In this document: in pieces, positions 49,050 through 61,393 of the stretch
How the letters are laid out: each line of letters starts with the position of its first letter
Numbering within the stretch: position 1 is the first letter of the stretch
Origin: Saccostrea echinata
Lineage: Eukaryota
DNA: 64,000 nt
Direction: 5' to 3'
NCBI RefSeq assembly: GCF_033153115.1
Contig: NW_026889759.1
Span: forward strand, 3,100,001 to 3,164,000
Program-made: the position numbers and the translations under genes
Notes under the pieces: generated by a model
What the model was told of the DNA's origin: nothing
The model's input: only the letters and a program-made list of their open reading frames with translations
Databases searched by the model: none

Positions 49050-52000
49050 CTATTGCTGCTCCATTTCATGTGGTTGTCCAAAACATCGTCCAAAACATCG
49101 GCGCAGTATACGACGCAAGAAATTCGGCTGAAAAAATAGGAGTATAACATTGAGTATTTAAAAATTGAAATGAAGTATAAAAAACACCACTGGCATCAAG
49201 TTAAAATGTGTGTTACCTTTTTGGGGGCTGCTTTGCGGGCTTCTGGCACATCTGCAGCGTCACAGAAAGCTATGAGCAGATCCTTATCTACGAGCTTTTT
49301 AGTCTATAAATGATAGAAATGTACAGAACAGAAAACGTTTCGTAAATATTTAAAAAAAAAAATAAAATGAATCAATTAGGATCTTTTACTTTAGGTAATG
49401 TAGTTGTACGAAAAATCGCTGTGTACAGATATCATTGAGTAATTAGCTTTTTCTCATTTTTTTTTTAAAGAAATTACGTGTTATTTTAATTTTTATTATT
49501 TAACAACGTTTATCAAAGATTTATTGTGAGCAACCTTCAATTATATACATTGAAGGAAAAAACAAACAAACAAACAACCTTCTCATCTAGATATCTCAAA
49601 CAAACAAATGTACGTGTACTGTATACATACATGTAAAACAACATGGACCAACAAACAACCAAAACAAAAAGGAAATTTTCAGAATTAACAAAATGGTCCC
49701 ACTATGATAAATAATAAAGAAAATAAACATCTTTTTAAAAAAATGCTCATTGATAATTAACTTTCTATTTTATATATTGAATACTTACTGACAATTAATC
49801 TTTAATCTTTAATGTGTTAGTCCAAAAAAAAAAGTCAAGTTTTCATACGCATCCTTGATTTCATAAAATACACATTTGTATTTTATTTCCGCCATAAAAC
49901 CAAATTATTTCTTAACAGGAATCTTACTTATTTTTATTCTTCTTAGCATCATGACATCATAATTAGCTATAATATACATGTACATGTAATTATGGGAATA
50001 TTTGCCCATTTTATCGCCTTTGAACAAATCGTCTCAGATTGCAGCGGGAAGGTTAAACTGATTATTGTAACAATTCACATAACATATAAATTTCCGTCCA
50101 CAACAGAAACATGTATATCGGAGTATAACGTTTTTAATTGATGCTTCATTTGTTGGTCCATATCTCAATACTATGATTGAAAAGGTAATTTAAAGAATTA
50201 TTAGTACTGGTGTTTAATGAAACCACGCTCTATCTGATAGATAAATATAAGGGCGGATCCAGGAATATTTCTATAGAGGAAAGGCCCATGTTATGTCAGC
50301 TAAATCTCTGCAAAGTAGAGACATATTAGTATCAAAATAAATTTGGTTAAAAAAAGAGAAATATATAACATTTTAATCTTACAGCACTGAATCTTCAAGG
50401 GGTGGGGGTCCAGACCTCTCTGAACCCCACCCCAACGTTGGATCCGCCTATGTAATGTATATGAATAAAAATGCTTACCTTCAGAATTCACATACTATAG
50501 AAATTCACTTTAAAGAACCACATGGAATGGTTACATCAAATGCATATAAAATATCTACTAAAACAAGGTAAACCGTGATCCTGCTCATTGAAAACATATA
50601 TACTAAAACATAATATAATTAAGAAACATATGCAGATAAATTATAGTATATCATAATATCAGTGAGTCTTATTTTTATATTATTTTTGGAAAATCTCAAG
50701 TAATTTTAATTTATCGAATAAAAAAACATGTAAGGGACACCATTTGTTCCAGTGATACGTACCAGGCTATTTACAGCAATCTCTGTGATGGTATCATCGA
50801 GACATAAACCGGTGAAGGTATCCTGCAAAATTGTATTTATAAGATTAATACAACTGTTTTCAAGTTTGAAATATAGTTTGATTCTCTCTCTTTCTCTCTC
50901 TCTCATCTGAAACATCATGATGATTTGACATTTTTTTGTTTAAAATGATAAAAGATATCCATACATCATGTCCGATGTATCGATGGCGAAAGTAGGACCA
51001 GTGAAGAGGCACTTCCGGTAATTCAGGTGGTGTGTAGCCCTGAGTACTGGTGGACGGTTGATCCTCGTCCTGGAAGACAACATACACACATTACCGACAT
51101 CAGTTAGTTTGATTCTACTTATCTAAATATTATGCAATTTGATGATAATTGAAGCTCTTTACAAATGACTGAAATTTTCAAAACTATTACTATTGATGTT
51201 TATTTTTTTTTATTTCGGTTGTTATATTTAGAGGTTGCATTGTTTCAAAAAGCAGTTGAGAGTAAGTACTACATTTTTACACGTAAATTTAATTTGGCAG
51301 CTGTTCAGTCAGCTTCCGATTTGAACAGGCTGACACTTGAATATACACTACCTGAGGATGCTTCTATATAAATATGACTAATAAAGTCTTTGCTGTTCTT
51401 GAGAAGAACATTTTAGATTTAAAGATTTCCCCTTTATATTAGCCGGTTTAAATATTGCTCTACGATCAGCTAAAACAGTCTAGTGATGTACGAAAGATGA
51501 TCCAGATGAAATGAGATATAATTAATACCCTAGCGTATCTCAGAGGCCCTTGACCCTTGTAACCTTTCAGTTACATGTTAGACCAGAGGATAGTCAATTT
51601 ACATCATAAATTTAGTTCAATGGTGAACTCTTAATATGTAGACTAATAAAGATCTTACCGATTCTGGTTCATCGTAAACACCCATGCTCCATGCAAATCT
51701 TGAAACAAGCTGCCTTCGTGGCGAGATGAAATACTGAAAGTATAAATAAAGTACTTGTTTGTACGTATGATTTTAAAAACATGCATAACAAATACTCTGA
51801 AAAATATTTTTAAAATATCTTCTGGTAGCCCAGAAGTACTCCTTGCTCTCGTTGTAAAAAAAAGCACTTGGCTTACTTGTTTATATGCATTACCCGGGGA
51901 AAGTGAAGACTTTCAAAGAAATAAAGCATTTTTACTATGTAATCAATAGACCCCCCCCCCACACACACACACAACAGAACACAAGACCGAGTGGTCATGA

Positions 52001-54948
52001 AATTTGCAATTTTGGACGACGAACACTTGCTAATCATTACCATGCACTTTGTTAGTTTGCTGAATACCAGGGATAGAGAAGTAGATTTTCAAAGAAATAT
52101 ATATTATTATTCATTTTCACTATTATACATGTATATTCAACAGAGCCCCACCCTAACGACCGAACCCTGGCTCGGGCCATGAAATTCATAATATTGGAAG
52201 GCATTCTTGCTCATCATAACTATGCACTTAGTTTGTTTGCTTAATATCCTGGAGCATAGAAGAAGATTTTCAAAGAAATAATCCATTAACAGTGCGACAT
52301 TTAACTCCGGACACGACATAGTCCGGACTTTTTACTACCATTTCTAATTGCGATATCAAAGAAACTTTAATATTTCTTGGTGGGATTTTTTAGCAGTATC
52401 ACATAATCTCATGCTGAATTCACAAGCTTATCTATTTTCAAAAATATAAAGTCCTAAATATCAGAATCCCATGGAAGAATGGTGGGATTTTTTGTCCCAA
52501 GTACTATCCCACCATTCTCCCATGGGAGAAAAAATCTCAGATGGGATATTTTCTCCCACAAAATTGTACAAATGGGATAAATCCCACGGATACTGATCAG
52601 TGGGATATTTTCTCCCACACACTGCCAAACATAGGATTTATCCCATATATTCTGCTGTGTGGGACATTTTCTCCCACCAGTACTTGAATGTGGGACAAAG
52701 TCTTAAATCTTCATAATGACTAACAGCAAATGTCATTAAAGTATTTATATAAAAATACCCCAGAGCATACTCTCATAACATCCACTGACAAAATAGGGCC
52801 TAGCTGTTGAACATAAAGAGAGCAGGTTGATTTTCTTGAAACCTGTTATCAGAGTAGACTAGCAATAGGAAGAACATGAATGAACTGGTTTTTAACAAAC
52901 AAACCAAAGACAAAAAATATACTAGCACCAGGAGCAAGCAGATGTAAGAGTATGAATTTGTAATTTTAATTCATGTCAAAGTCTTTTCTTTTCTGTGCTC
53001 TATTTTAGGGTCAATAATAACATACAATTGGACTAAAGGAAAATGTAACTATTTCCTCTTTGTTCCACACAGCATTGTACTTTTCAAGGTTGTCATTCTA
53101 CATCGTAATCCTAGATCTAGTATTTTTTGGCAAGTTAGAATCTTTGTGTTTGTGATCAAATCTTAATTTACCGAGCTAGTCTACATTTTTATTTTCTATA
53201 CTCCGAGTACATTTACCCCTTCATCGTAAATGCCTATGTATTTAATCAAACCACAGCTCTGTTCTTTTTTCACTTTATAATCAATAGACCCCCCCCCCGG
53301 GGGGGTTACCAAAAAACGCCTGACCCTCGGGTCATAAAATTCCAAATTTTAGAACAGACATCCTTGCTCATCATCACAATAGTGAATACACTTATTTTAT
53401 CTGCTCAAGGGGGGGGGGGGGAAGAAGATTTTAAAGAATTTATGCACTTTCACTATGTGATCAATAGAGTTCGACCCTAACTCCAGAACCCCTGACCATC
53501 AATTTCAAATTTTTTGCAAAGGACTCATCGCTTGTTATAATTAATAGTTTGACTGCTTGATGTCCGGGAGCAAAGAATTAAGTTTTAAAAGATTGCATTA
53601 ATTTTGATAGTTTTAGCCCCATCCCTCAAGCCCGAGCGGGGCGGGGACCATGAAATTCAGTATATTTTGTTGTTATAAGCCAAAATTGGCTGAAATTGGT
53701 TAAGTGGTTCCTGAGAAGAAGTTGAAAATTTTCAAAAGTTTACGACCAATACACGGCATACAACATCGGACAAAAACGGATAGCGATAGGTCCCCACATT
53801 GACTCAAGTGACCTAAAAGTATAACTTCTTCTAACATGATAGACAGACAAGACATGACAGACAAAATACACTGAATCGTTGCATCCCAACTAATAAGACT
53901 TCGAAAGTTCTCTGAATTTGCTTATTGCATATTTTGTAGTTTGAAGAATCGCTCCAAAATTTTGAATCGAATTTAGAAATCTGACACTTGTTTGCGGTCC
54001 CATCACGATCAAACTTGAAATTATATGTACTAGTCTACAATTGACCGAATTTCCCTTTTGGTTGAAAACTGTTCAGCGTACTTGGATGAAAAGAGACAAT
54101 AAATAGACGACAGGATTAAAGACAAACTTTATTGTTGAATTATAGTGTGATGTAAACAAAATAGACATTTTTTCGTGATACATTTATAACGGAGAGTCTA
54201 ATATCTGAATATTATAGCAATTCTTTTTAAAATAATAAGATCAAAAAGTGTATTTTTTACCGTTATATTTACCTATATCTATATACATGTATTTCCATAA
54301 ACATAAATCATACTCACGTGTTCGATCTCCTCTCTGGTATAATCGAATCTTGGTTCGTAAAAATTTACATCCAAGGCTGCCTATTAAGGAAAAAAATCAG
54401 ATACCGTTTAAGGAGTCTGTGACACATGAAAAAGCATCATGTAACAAGTATGGTGGGAGTACTTTCTCATATATACAAAGTGTCGGATATTGAGTTTTAT
54501 TTGAAAATATAGTCGCGTAATTTAACTCATACAAACCAGTAAACGACAGAAGTAATAAGGGTGTGCCACTGGAACAGGGCAAGTTTTTTTTCCCCCAGTT
54601 CAGAATTTATGATTCGATGAGTGAGGTTATCGATAATATGTTTACAAATGCTTACAAAGTTTTGATAAAAGCCATCAAATTTAATCCAGCTGCTGTAGTT
54701 ATTTAGATAAATGTACAACATCGAGAGGAAACTTTAATTTAAAACAAAACATAAGAGATTTAATATGAAGGCCTTCATGGAGGAAACACACACCCTAGAA
54801 AAGGGGTACACATAGGTCATATTCAGCATGATTACATCTCGGTTATATCTATGCTAATATTAACACTTTTTTAATATTTTGTACAAATACTTACTAATGG
54901 ATATCTATCCTCATTGATAGTAATACCCGGATTAACTCTCCTTGCCAT
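49050..54948 (-). CDS. Uncharacterised ~213-aa protein encoded by 11 small exons; no family recognised
   Basis: Exons 54948-54895, 54568-54533, 54380-54318, 51733-51659, 51069-50965, 50822-50763, 50494-50479, 49966-49928, 49418-49390, 49303-49217, 49127-49050. All introns are GT-AG and the phases chain into one stop-free frame from ATG to TAG. Several donors are strong (GTAAGT, GTGAGT, GTAAGA, GTAAGC). Confidence 0.72.
52440..52705. repeat. Degenerate tandem units of about 57 bp with TGGGATATTTTCTCCCAC / GGATAAATCCCA mini-palindromes, probably inside a DNA transposon
   Basis: TGGGA(T/C)ATTTTCTCCCAC near 52542, 52601 and 52660, alternating with TGGGATAAATCCCA-like motifs. Confidence 0.6.
53240..53820 (-). 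mobile_element. HINE-type remnant (related pieces at 51870-52290)
   Basis: Units with CCATGAAATT, TCTTGCTCATCAT and GAAGAAGATTTT, and end GAGAAGAAGTTGAAAA..AAAAGTTTACGAC...GACTCAAGTGACCTAAAA. Confidence 0.55.
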
Positions 54949-55029
54949 CCTTCTCTTCTTTTCAGAGAAAAAATAAGGAGGGTTTCAAGAAGTAATCAAA
55001 ATATAATCAGCTTCTCGATGATGAGATAA

Positions 55030-55120
55030 CTATTATGACGTCACTATAGCGACAGCTCACTCGGAACACCTCGGAGCCAGTAAAACGAAGAACTGGGCAT
55101 AGGGGATTTATTTTCCGGAT
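55030..55120. promoter_or_regulatory. Candidate promoter of the small-exon gene
   Basis: Perfect CRE palindrome TGACGTCA at 55036-55043 and ETS-like TTCCGG near 55113, about 90-170 bp upstream of ATG 54948. Confidence 0.4.
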
Positions 55121-56840
55121 TGTTAAAGGTAAAATAAATTAAGAAAATTTTGAATCTACTTTAAATACACTTAAATATGTGCTTCAATAAAGCTTCTGAC
55201 ATTTTCAGGCAAGAAATACAATGTTTAAAAAAAAATCGATAACAAAATTTTCAAGTTTCTGGTGTGCATGGTAAGTTAATTATGGCAGAGACATTGTTAT
55301 TTTGTTTTGTTATTCTCTGCTCATGGTGATAAAAACATTCCTTTCCCTCATGTTTTACAACTTTTCTTTGCCTGTTTAAAGTGTATATAACATGGTATTT
55401 GGCACTCATGAAACACGTGATATTTTAAAAACTAGTCTTATACGATCCGATGAACACTTGGATGCAATATAGATCTATTGAAACTTAACGTAATCTATGA
55501 AAATGGACGGCTAAGTAAAACTATACATATACCAACATAGAGCATTTTCTGGTACATGTTATAATTGTATTTGACAATTATTTTAACAATGTGATCTATT
55601 CCTTTCTAAAATATCGTATTAATGTGCTTTTTTCGAGATGAAAATGTCAAGTTTGTTCAGGGTAAATATGTTGGGAATACCGTATTCTTCCAAACTTTTC
55701 ATCTTACTTCTAAAGATTTTTTTGTCAAAAATTTTATGTTCTGTCTGTTTTGGGGTGTGTGAAAATGGTCTTTTCTGATTGGGCAGACAAATTTAATTAC
55801 ATGCATACATATGAAGCATATTTATAGCAACTTTCAGTTAACCTTCTTCAGTTGACTTCCATATATGGAAATCGTCCAGACCTGTTAAACATAGAGTTAG
55901 ATTAACACTATTTTTCTATCCTATCATTTATTTTGATTACTCAGATATATATATACCTGCTACAGTCTGCATCTCTGACTCTTTGTTGTAATGTAAGTAC
56001 AAATATTACACCAACACTAAAAATCCATAGTATTGAGGGATTTATAACTTACATTACTTTGTCACTTTGATTTACTCTGATTTTGTATACAATATGACGT
56101 AAGAAAGTCAAAGTCTCTATTCTTAGCAATATTTTGAACTCATTTTGCAATACAGAAAGATGCTTCTTTTGGCAGCTGGATCAGGTATTATTGCTCCCAT
56201 GAGTCAAATTATTCAATGCATTCTGGGAAATGAAGAGGATGATACATTGAAACAGCACTTCTTGGCCTGTAAATCATAAGAGGTAATTCATATGAAGTCT
56301 GAACTGAATGAATGGTCATCTTTCTGGAACATTTCGGTCACCTATGCATTATAAGTCAGATAGTTAGAACTTTGTCTTTTATCTAGTTTTTTGACCACAT
56401 TTTAAAACTTTCAATTATTTTGTTACAAGTGAAAGTTTAGGAGTCAAGTTCACTGTAAGATTGTTAACTTTTGACCCTGCATTAATCCAACTTGCACTGG
56501 TAGTGTTTGTAGGACTGTATATTACTTTTAATAGGGTAATGTTATCTATAATTTCTAGATATAAACATACAAAATTAGAATTCCTTAGCCAGTCACTTGT
56601 TTAAATAACTGTATGTTCTAAATGAAAAAAAAAGAGAAAAAAAAACCTTCCTTGAATTATTTATTGAAAATGCATACAGTCAGATATCATTATAATGCAA
56701 TAAGACCTTTTCTATATATTTGAAAGACAACCAGGAAATACATCCTGAGTTTGTTGCTGCATGTGACCTGTACTTTCCACATGAGAAATAATGTATTTTG
56801 TTGAGTTTTCCAATTAGAAAACATTCATTGACATAATATT

Positions 56841-57931
56841 TTTAGCTCACCTGAGCTGAAGGCTCAAGTGAGCTTTTCCGGTCGAAGGGTGTTCATGTCT
56901 GTCGTGTGTCGTCTTTCAACTGTCGTCTGTAAACTTCTACCATTTTCGACTTCTTCTCAAGAACCACCAGGCCACTTTCAACCAAAGTTGCTAGAAAACA
57001 TCCTTGGATGAAAAGCATCCTTCAAATGAAGGGCCAAGCCCTCTTCCAAGGGGTAATACTCAGTAATAAAGAATTCGTGAAAATTTAATGGCATCTTTTA
57101 AAAATCTTCTTCTCAAGAACAAATATGCCATTAAAGATTACATAGTGTAAATTCAAATTTATTCCGGGACTAGGATGGAGCTACAAGGGGCGATCAAAGT
57201 TTTACATAGGATTATTATAGGGAAAAATCTTTATAAAAATATTCTCAAGAACAGGAAGCCCATGATTAGTCATATTTATATGGAAGCATCCTCAGGTAGA
57301 TAAGTGTAGATTAAAGTTTGTTCAAATCATGTTCCCTGGGGCTAGGGTGGGGCCACGATGTGTGATCAAAGTTTTACATAGGAATATACAGGAAAAATCT
57401 TTAAAGAACAGCAAATCCATGATTAGTCATATTAATACAAAGGCATCCTCGGATAGTGTAGATTCAAATTCAAATCCTGACCCCTGGGAGTGAAGAGGGG
57501 ACACAACAGGGGATCAAAGTTATATATATAAGAATATATAGGAATAGTCTTTAAAAATCTTCTCAAGAACTGCAAAGCCATGATTAGTCATAATAATACA
57601 GAAGCGTCCTCAGGTAGTTTAGATTCAAGTTTGTTCAAATCATGACCCCCCCCCCCCCCTTTCCCAACCCGGAGGTATGGCGGGGCCACAACAGAAGATC
57701 AAACTTTTACATAAAAATAGGTAGAATTTTATTTTTTAAAAAATCTTCTAAAGCCATGATTAAACAAAGTGGAAACATCCTTCATGTGTAGATTAAAGAT
57801 TGTTCAAATCACGACCTCCTGGGAAATAGGATTGAACCACTTTATATTTAAACTTTTCAATAATGAACTGATTTCTGCTTTTCTCCAGCCAAAGTGTTCA
57901 GGTGAGCGATGTGTCCTATTGGCTTCTTGTT
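56841..57931 (+). mobile_element. Complete HINE with ~170-bp satellite-like units, same subfamily as 39564-41432
   Basis: 5' TTTAGCTCACCTGAGCTGAAGGCTCAAGTGAGC and 3' TCAGGTGAGCGATGTG..CTTCTTGTT. It shares the distinctive tail TTTATATTTAAACTTTTCAATA.TGAACTGATTTCTGCTTTT. Confidence 0.85.
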
Positions 57932-58352
57932 CAATATATTAGAAGCGTGATTAATCAGAAATTTTGACCCCTCTTACAATTTCTAATGTAATATGATAGT
58001 ACATGTACAATAAAAACTTGACACATGAAGATAAACATGCAGGAAGAATTAATAACCATGCTTTACAACACCAGGTTGCTAGTGGTATGGATTGTTTATC
58101 TAGAACTTCGACAGAGAATTTCCATTCATCCATTACTGGATACATGTATTGCACAATCTTCAAGCATATTGCTTGCATTCTCAATTCAAATCAAAGACAT
58201 GAAGATTGTTCTCTGATATAAAGGTTATATTTCTTATCAAGCATTGTATTTAATGCTGTAATATTGTAATTTAGGAGACATTAAATGGGAGGACTACCAA
58301 ACATACAAATATGGAGACAAACTCTATGAGGGAAGAATGGATTTGGCTTTAA

Positions 58353-60092
58353 GAGCCATTCTCTGTAACGACTTGAACTTTTATATAGAAGCTGTGGCAC
58401 GCATAGTCTCAGAATTTCTCCAAACTCTCTATGATAAAAGTCTTTGATACCGTAAACTCAGATCAGGCAGAAATTGGTTGCTACGTGACATGGTTACCAT
58501 GGCAACATGTCCTAAAGTTTGAAAAATGGCATTTTTCAACATCTTCAGAGTCCCACAGTTAACGTTCGCAGCAAAGCAAACAAGTGGCAATGACTGTTTC
58601 TGAAAGTTGAAGGCCTGGTGTCTTAAATGCATGATAAACATGTTTGGTAAATCATCTATAACATACGTTACTATGGAAACAAAGTATTCAAAAGTAATAA
58701 TTTTGTTCATTTAATTTTATAAAGTCATACACTTAAGAATAAAAAACAATTATAGGTTGAAATGCAAGCAATTAATAGAGAAGAGATCCTTGTAACATAT
58801 ACCTAGGACAAAATATGATATTTCTTATAGGTTGGCAATGGTTGCCATGGTTTTAATACCACGAAGGGATTTTAAATTTACTCTCTTAGTGTTTTAATCT
58901 TATCCTATCTTTTTAAAAAGCATATTTCTATATAACTGATGATCAATTTTTAAAGGCCTTGGTGTGACCCTAATTTTCACATTTCAAAAAATTCAATTTC
59001 AATTCTTTAAATAGTGCGTTGCTATGGAAATAAGGCGAAAAAACATGCATAAAAATCTGAAAAATACTCGGTTTCCTTGGATACGTACAGTTGTATGTAG
59101 ATTCCCAAAACTTTAATGATTGATATATGTGAACAACTAACCTGACTTTAAGTTTTGACTATCACCCAATCTCTAACTGGATGCAAGAAGCTGGCACATA
59201 GGGTCTAATATTGACAAAAAATTAACAAAATCGAACATTTTCTCTTCTTGGTAACCATAGCAACAGTGTTGTATTTTTCAATAAACTTTATCAATATATG
59301 ATATTCAACTTTAGTTCTACGAGATAAGTACTATTCAAGGTGATTCAAATAATATTTTTCTTGATTAAAAGGTTAGTAAATACCCAAAGCAGCAAAAAAA
59401 TATCACTTTAAACAACTAGTACGTTGTTCCCATGGTTACACTGCAAAGTAACAATTAATCTCAATTTTTCTTATGTTGTCGGTGTTGCAAGGTCCTAAGG
59501 ATGTATATGTGCCAGTCATGAATTTTATTGTATTTCCTCAAGATAGTAGCATTAACCCAATCATAGCAACAGATTTTGCATGGTGACACTGTGTTACCAT
59601 GGCAACGATGAAAGTTATTTTTAGAATAATATTGCCAATACCTAATTACATGAGGTCAAATATTTTTCATTGTTTTTCTTACGTTGTTGATTGAGTTTGA
59701 TCATGTAACATCTATCATTTGTGACTATAAAGCGTTTTTCAGCATTTTTCAGCATCTAAAATGTATTCCAAATGTACCCATGGTTACCACTTACTTAGAG
59801 ATTAATTCTAAATAGTTTCTTTATAGCATAAGTGGCAACAAGGTGTCATGTTTTTGGGAGAATGGTTTGTTTGTTTTTCTTAGTCTTTAATAAGACTTAA
59901 TAAAGATTTAAAGTAGCTGAAAATCTCAATTTTTTCAACTTTTCTGGCTGTTACCATGGCAACCAAGACACATAGCAACGAAATTTTATTTGATATATGT
60001 TTCTTGTGTCAAGTTGTAATAATGGGCAAAGTTTCATCAAAATCGGTGACCATGCGTGGCAAAGAAGTTTAAGTGGTTACAGAGAATCGCTA
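58353..60092. mobile_element. 1.74-kb non-autonomous TTAA-targeting DNA transposon (Kolobok/piggyBac-type TSD) rich in X-box palindromes
   Basis: TTAA at 58349-58352 and 60093-60096. TIRs AGC.ATTCTCTGTAAC.ACTT.AACTT. Removing it rejoins the pseudo-exon of CYB5RL. Confidence 0.88.
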
Positions 60093-61221
60093 TTAATTAC
60101 CCAAAATATGACCCACAGACAGTAACTCAGGAACTTTTTGTCGTGGTCTGTGGGAAATTTTTTTTTTTGAAAATTAATACGACTGAATACTGCAAACTTC
60201 TCAGTTTTAAAGATAAAAACAAAATGAAAGATATTACAGTTACCCACTTTGTGTTTTCTATATTGAGAGAAAGAGTTCCAGCATTAATATTTTAAGTGAA
60301 CCACCCCATGAAAATGTATTGGACACTTTTAAGAAGTAAAAAACATACACAAAAAGAAGTGGAAATTTGATGAAACCCTATGTTGACAAAAAATTGATCC
60401 ATCGGGAACAAAAACAACGCGAGGCCTTGATTTCAAAGGTTTATTTTTCAACATATATTGAACAGCTGTGCAGTTCATGAAAGTTTTTTATGACAACTTT
60501 ATACCACGATGAAGTTACAATTGATGAACACAGTGAAAAAACTTCGATAAATAAGATACAATTTCGACCTGCTCTTTCAGTTTAATGAAATTTGATCACT
60601 ATTTTTGTACCTCTGTCCTTAAGGTTGTTATAGTGAGATCGAGTTTAGCGCTTGTGTGATTCCTTTCTATGGGTGAACGATTTAAAAACAAGTACGCATA
60701 ACATATTATAAATTTTGTGCTTATTTAAACATCTGAGATTTGTGCATCCAGTTTATTGTACTTAGCCGACATGTATTTGTCCTTGGCAGTTTTTTGCACT
60801 TTTGGATTTACTTTCGCGTCTACTAACATCGGTATGTGTTCGCTTTCATGTAAATTATTACATTCAATAATTTGTAATTTGCAATGACTTTCCGATGTAC
60901 AGATTCATCTGAAATGCATAAAAATTTATATTAGGATAAAAAGATGAATGATCAATAATGTAAGCATTGGATTGAGATTTTCTTGCCCCAGTATTACCGG
61001 TATATTCTTAAACTCCGCCTTCTTTGAAGGTTTATCATTATCTAGACATCCAGGCAACAGCTCCATTTATTATAGGTAAAAATAAATTTGTGTACCTTAT
61101 TCAACCTGTTTGATTAAATATATTCATTTCTCGTAAGAAGTTTCAAATACAGACATGTATCTCAAGTAAAGTTAAAATTTGCTAAGTGAAACTTTGATAT
61201 CTCGAATACTAGAATGCTTCG

Positions 61222-61393
61222 CATAGCGTCGGAACCGGGGGGGGGGGGCTAGGGGCCCATGCTTAGCCCCCACTTTTTTTGCAAAGATTGATATAGTTAA
61301 TATAGGCATTGAAATTGGGGTTAAGCCACACAAAACATTTTTTATTGTTGGTTTACCCCTCCCCCCACTTTCAATTTGCTTCTGACCTCTATG
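61222..61393. mobile_element. Second copy of the G/C-tract MITE with 5-bp TSD
   Basis: CATAGCGTCGGAACCGGGG ... CTTCTGACCTCTATG, with TSD CTTCG at 61217-61221 and 61394-61398. Confidence 0.8.

Larger units (their letters stand above)
56095..60712 (+). pseudogene. Degenerate partial duplicate of CYB5RL (last two exons, intervening intron and 3' flank)
   Basis: 56151-56359 matches exon 39119-39322 but has acceptor AG>AA, TAT>TAA at 56277, an indel and donor GT>AT. The last-exon copy starts at 58275, is split by a transposon (58353-60092) and is frameshifted. 60360-60712 matches the 3' flank at 42668-43025. Confidence 0.9.

Noticed and set aside
53173-53181. 9-nt micro-exon (ACT AGC TCG) for the orphan gene
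   Set aside because: It has AG/GT borders but no polypyrimidine tract, so chance occurrence is likely.
54318-54582. Alternative frame giving a signal-peptide-like LLLLSFTGSLGC for the orphan gene
   Set aside because: It lacks an ATG and does not fit the phase-0 donor of the upstream ATG exon. The phase-0 chain explains all exons.
58429-58710. 93-aa ORF inside the TTAA transposon as a possible transposase
   Set aside because: No DDE or DNA-binding motifs; the element appears non-coding.
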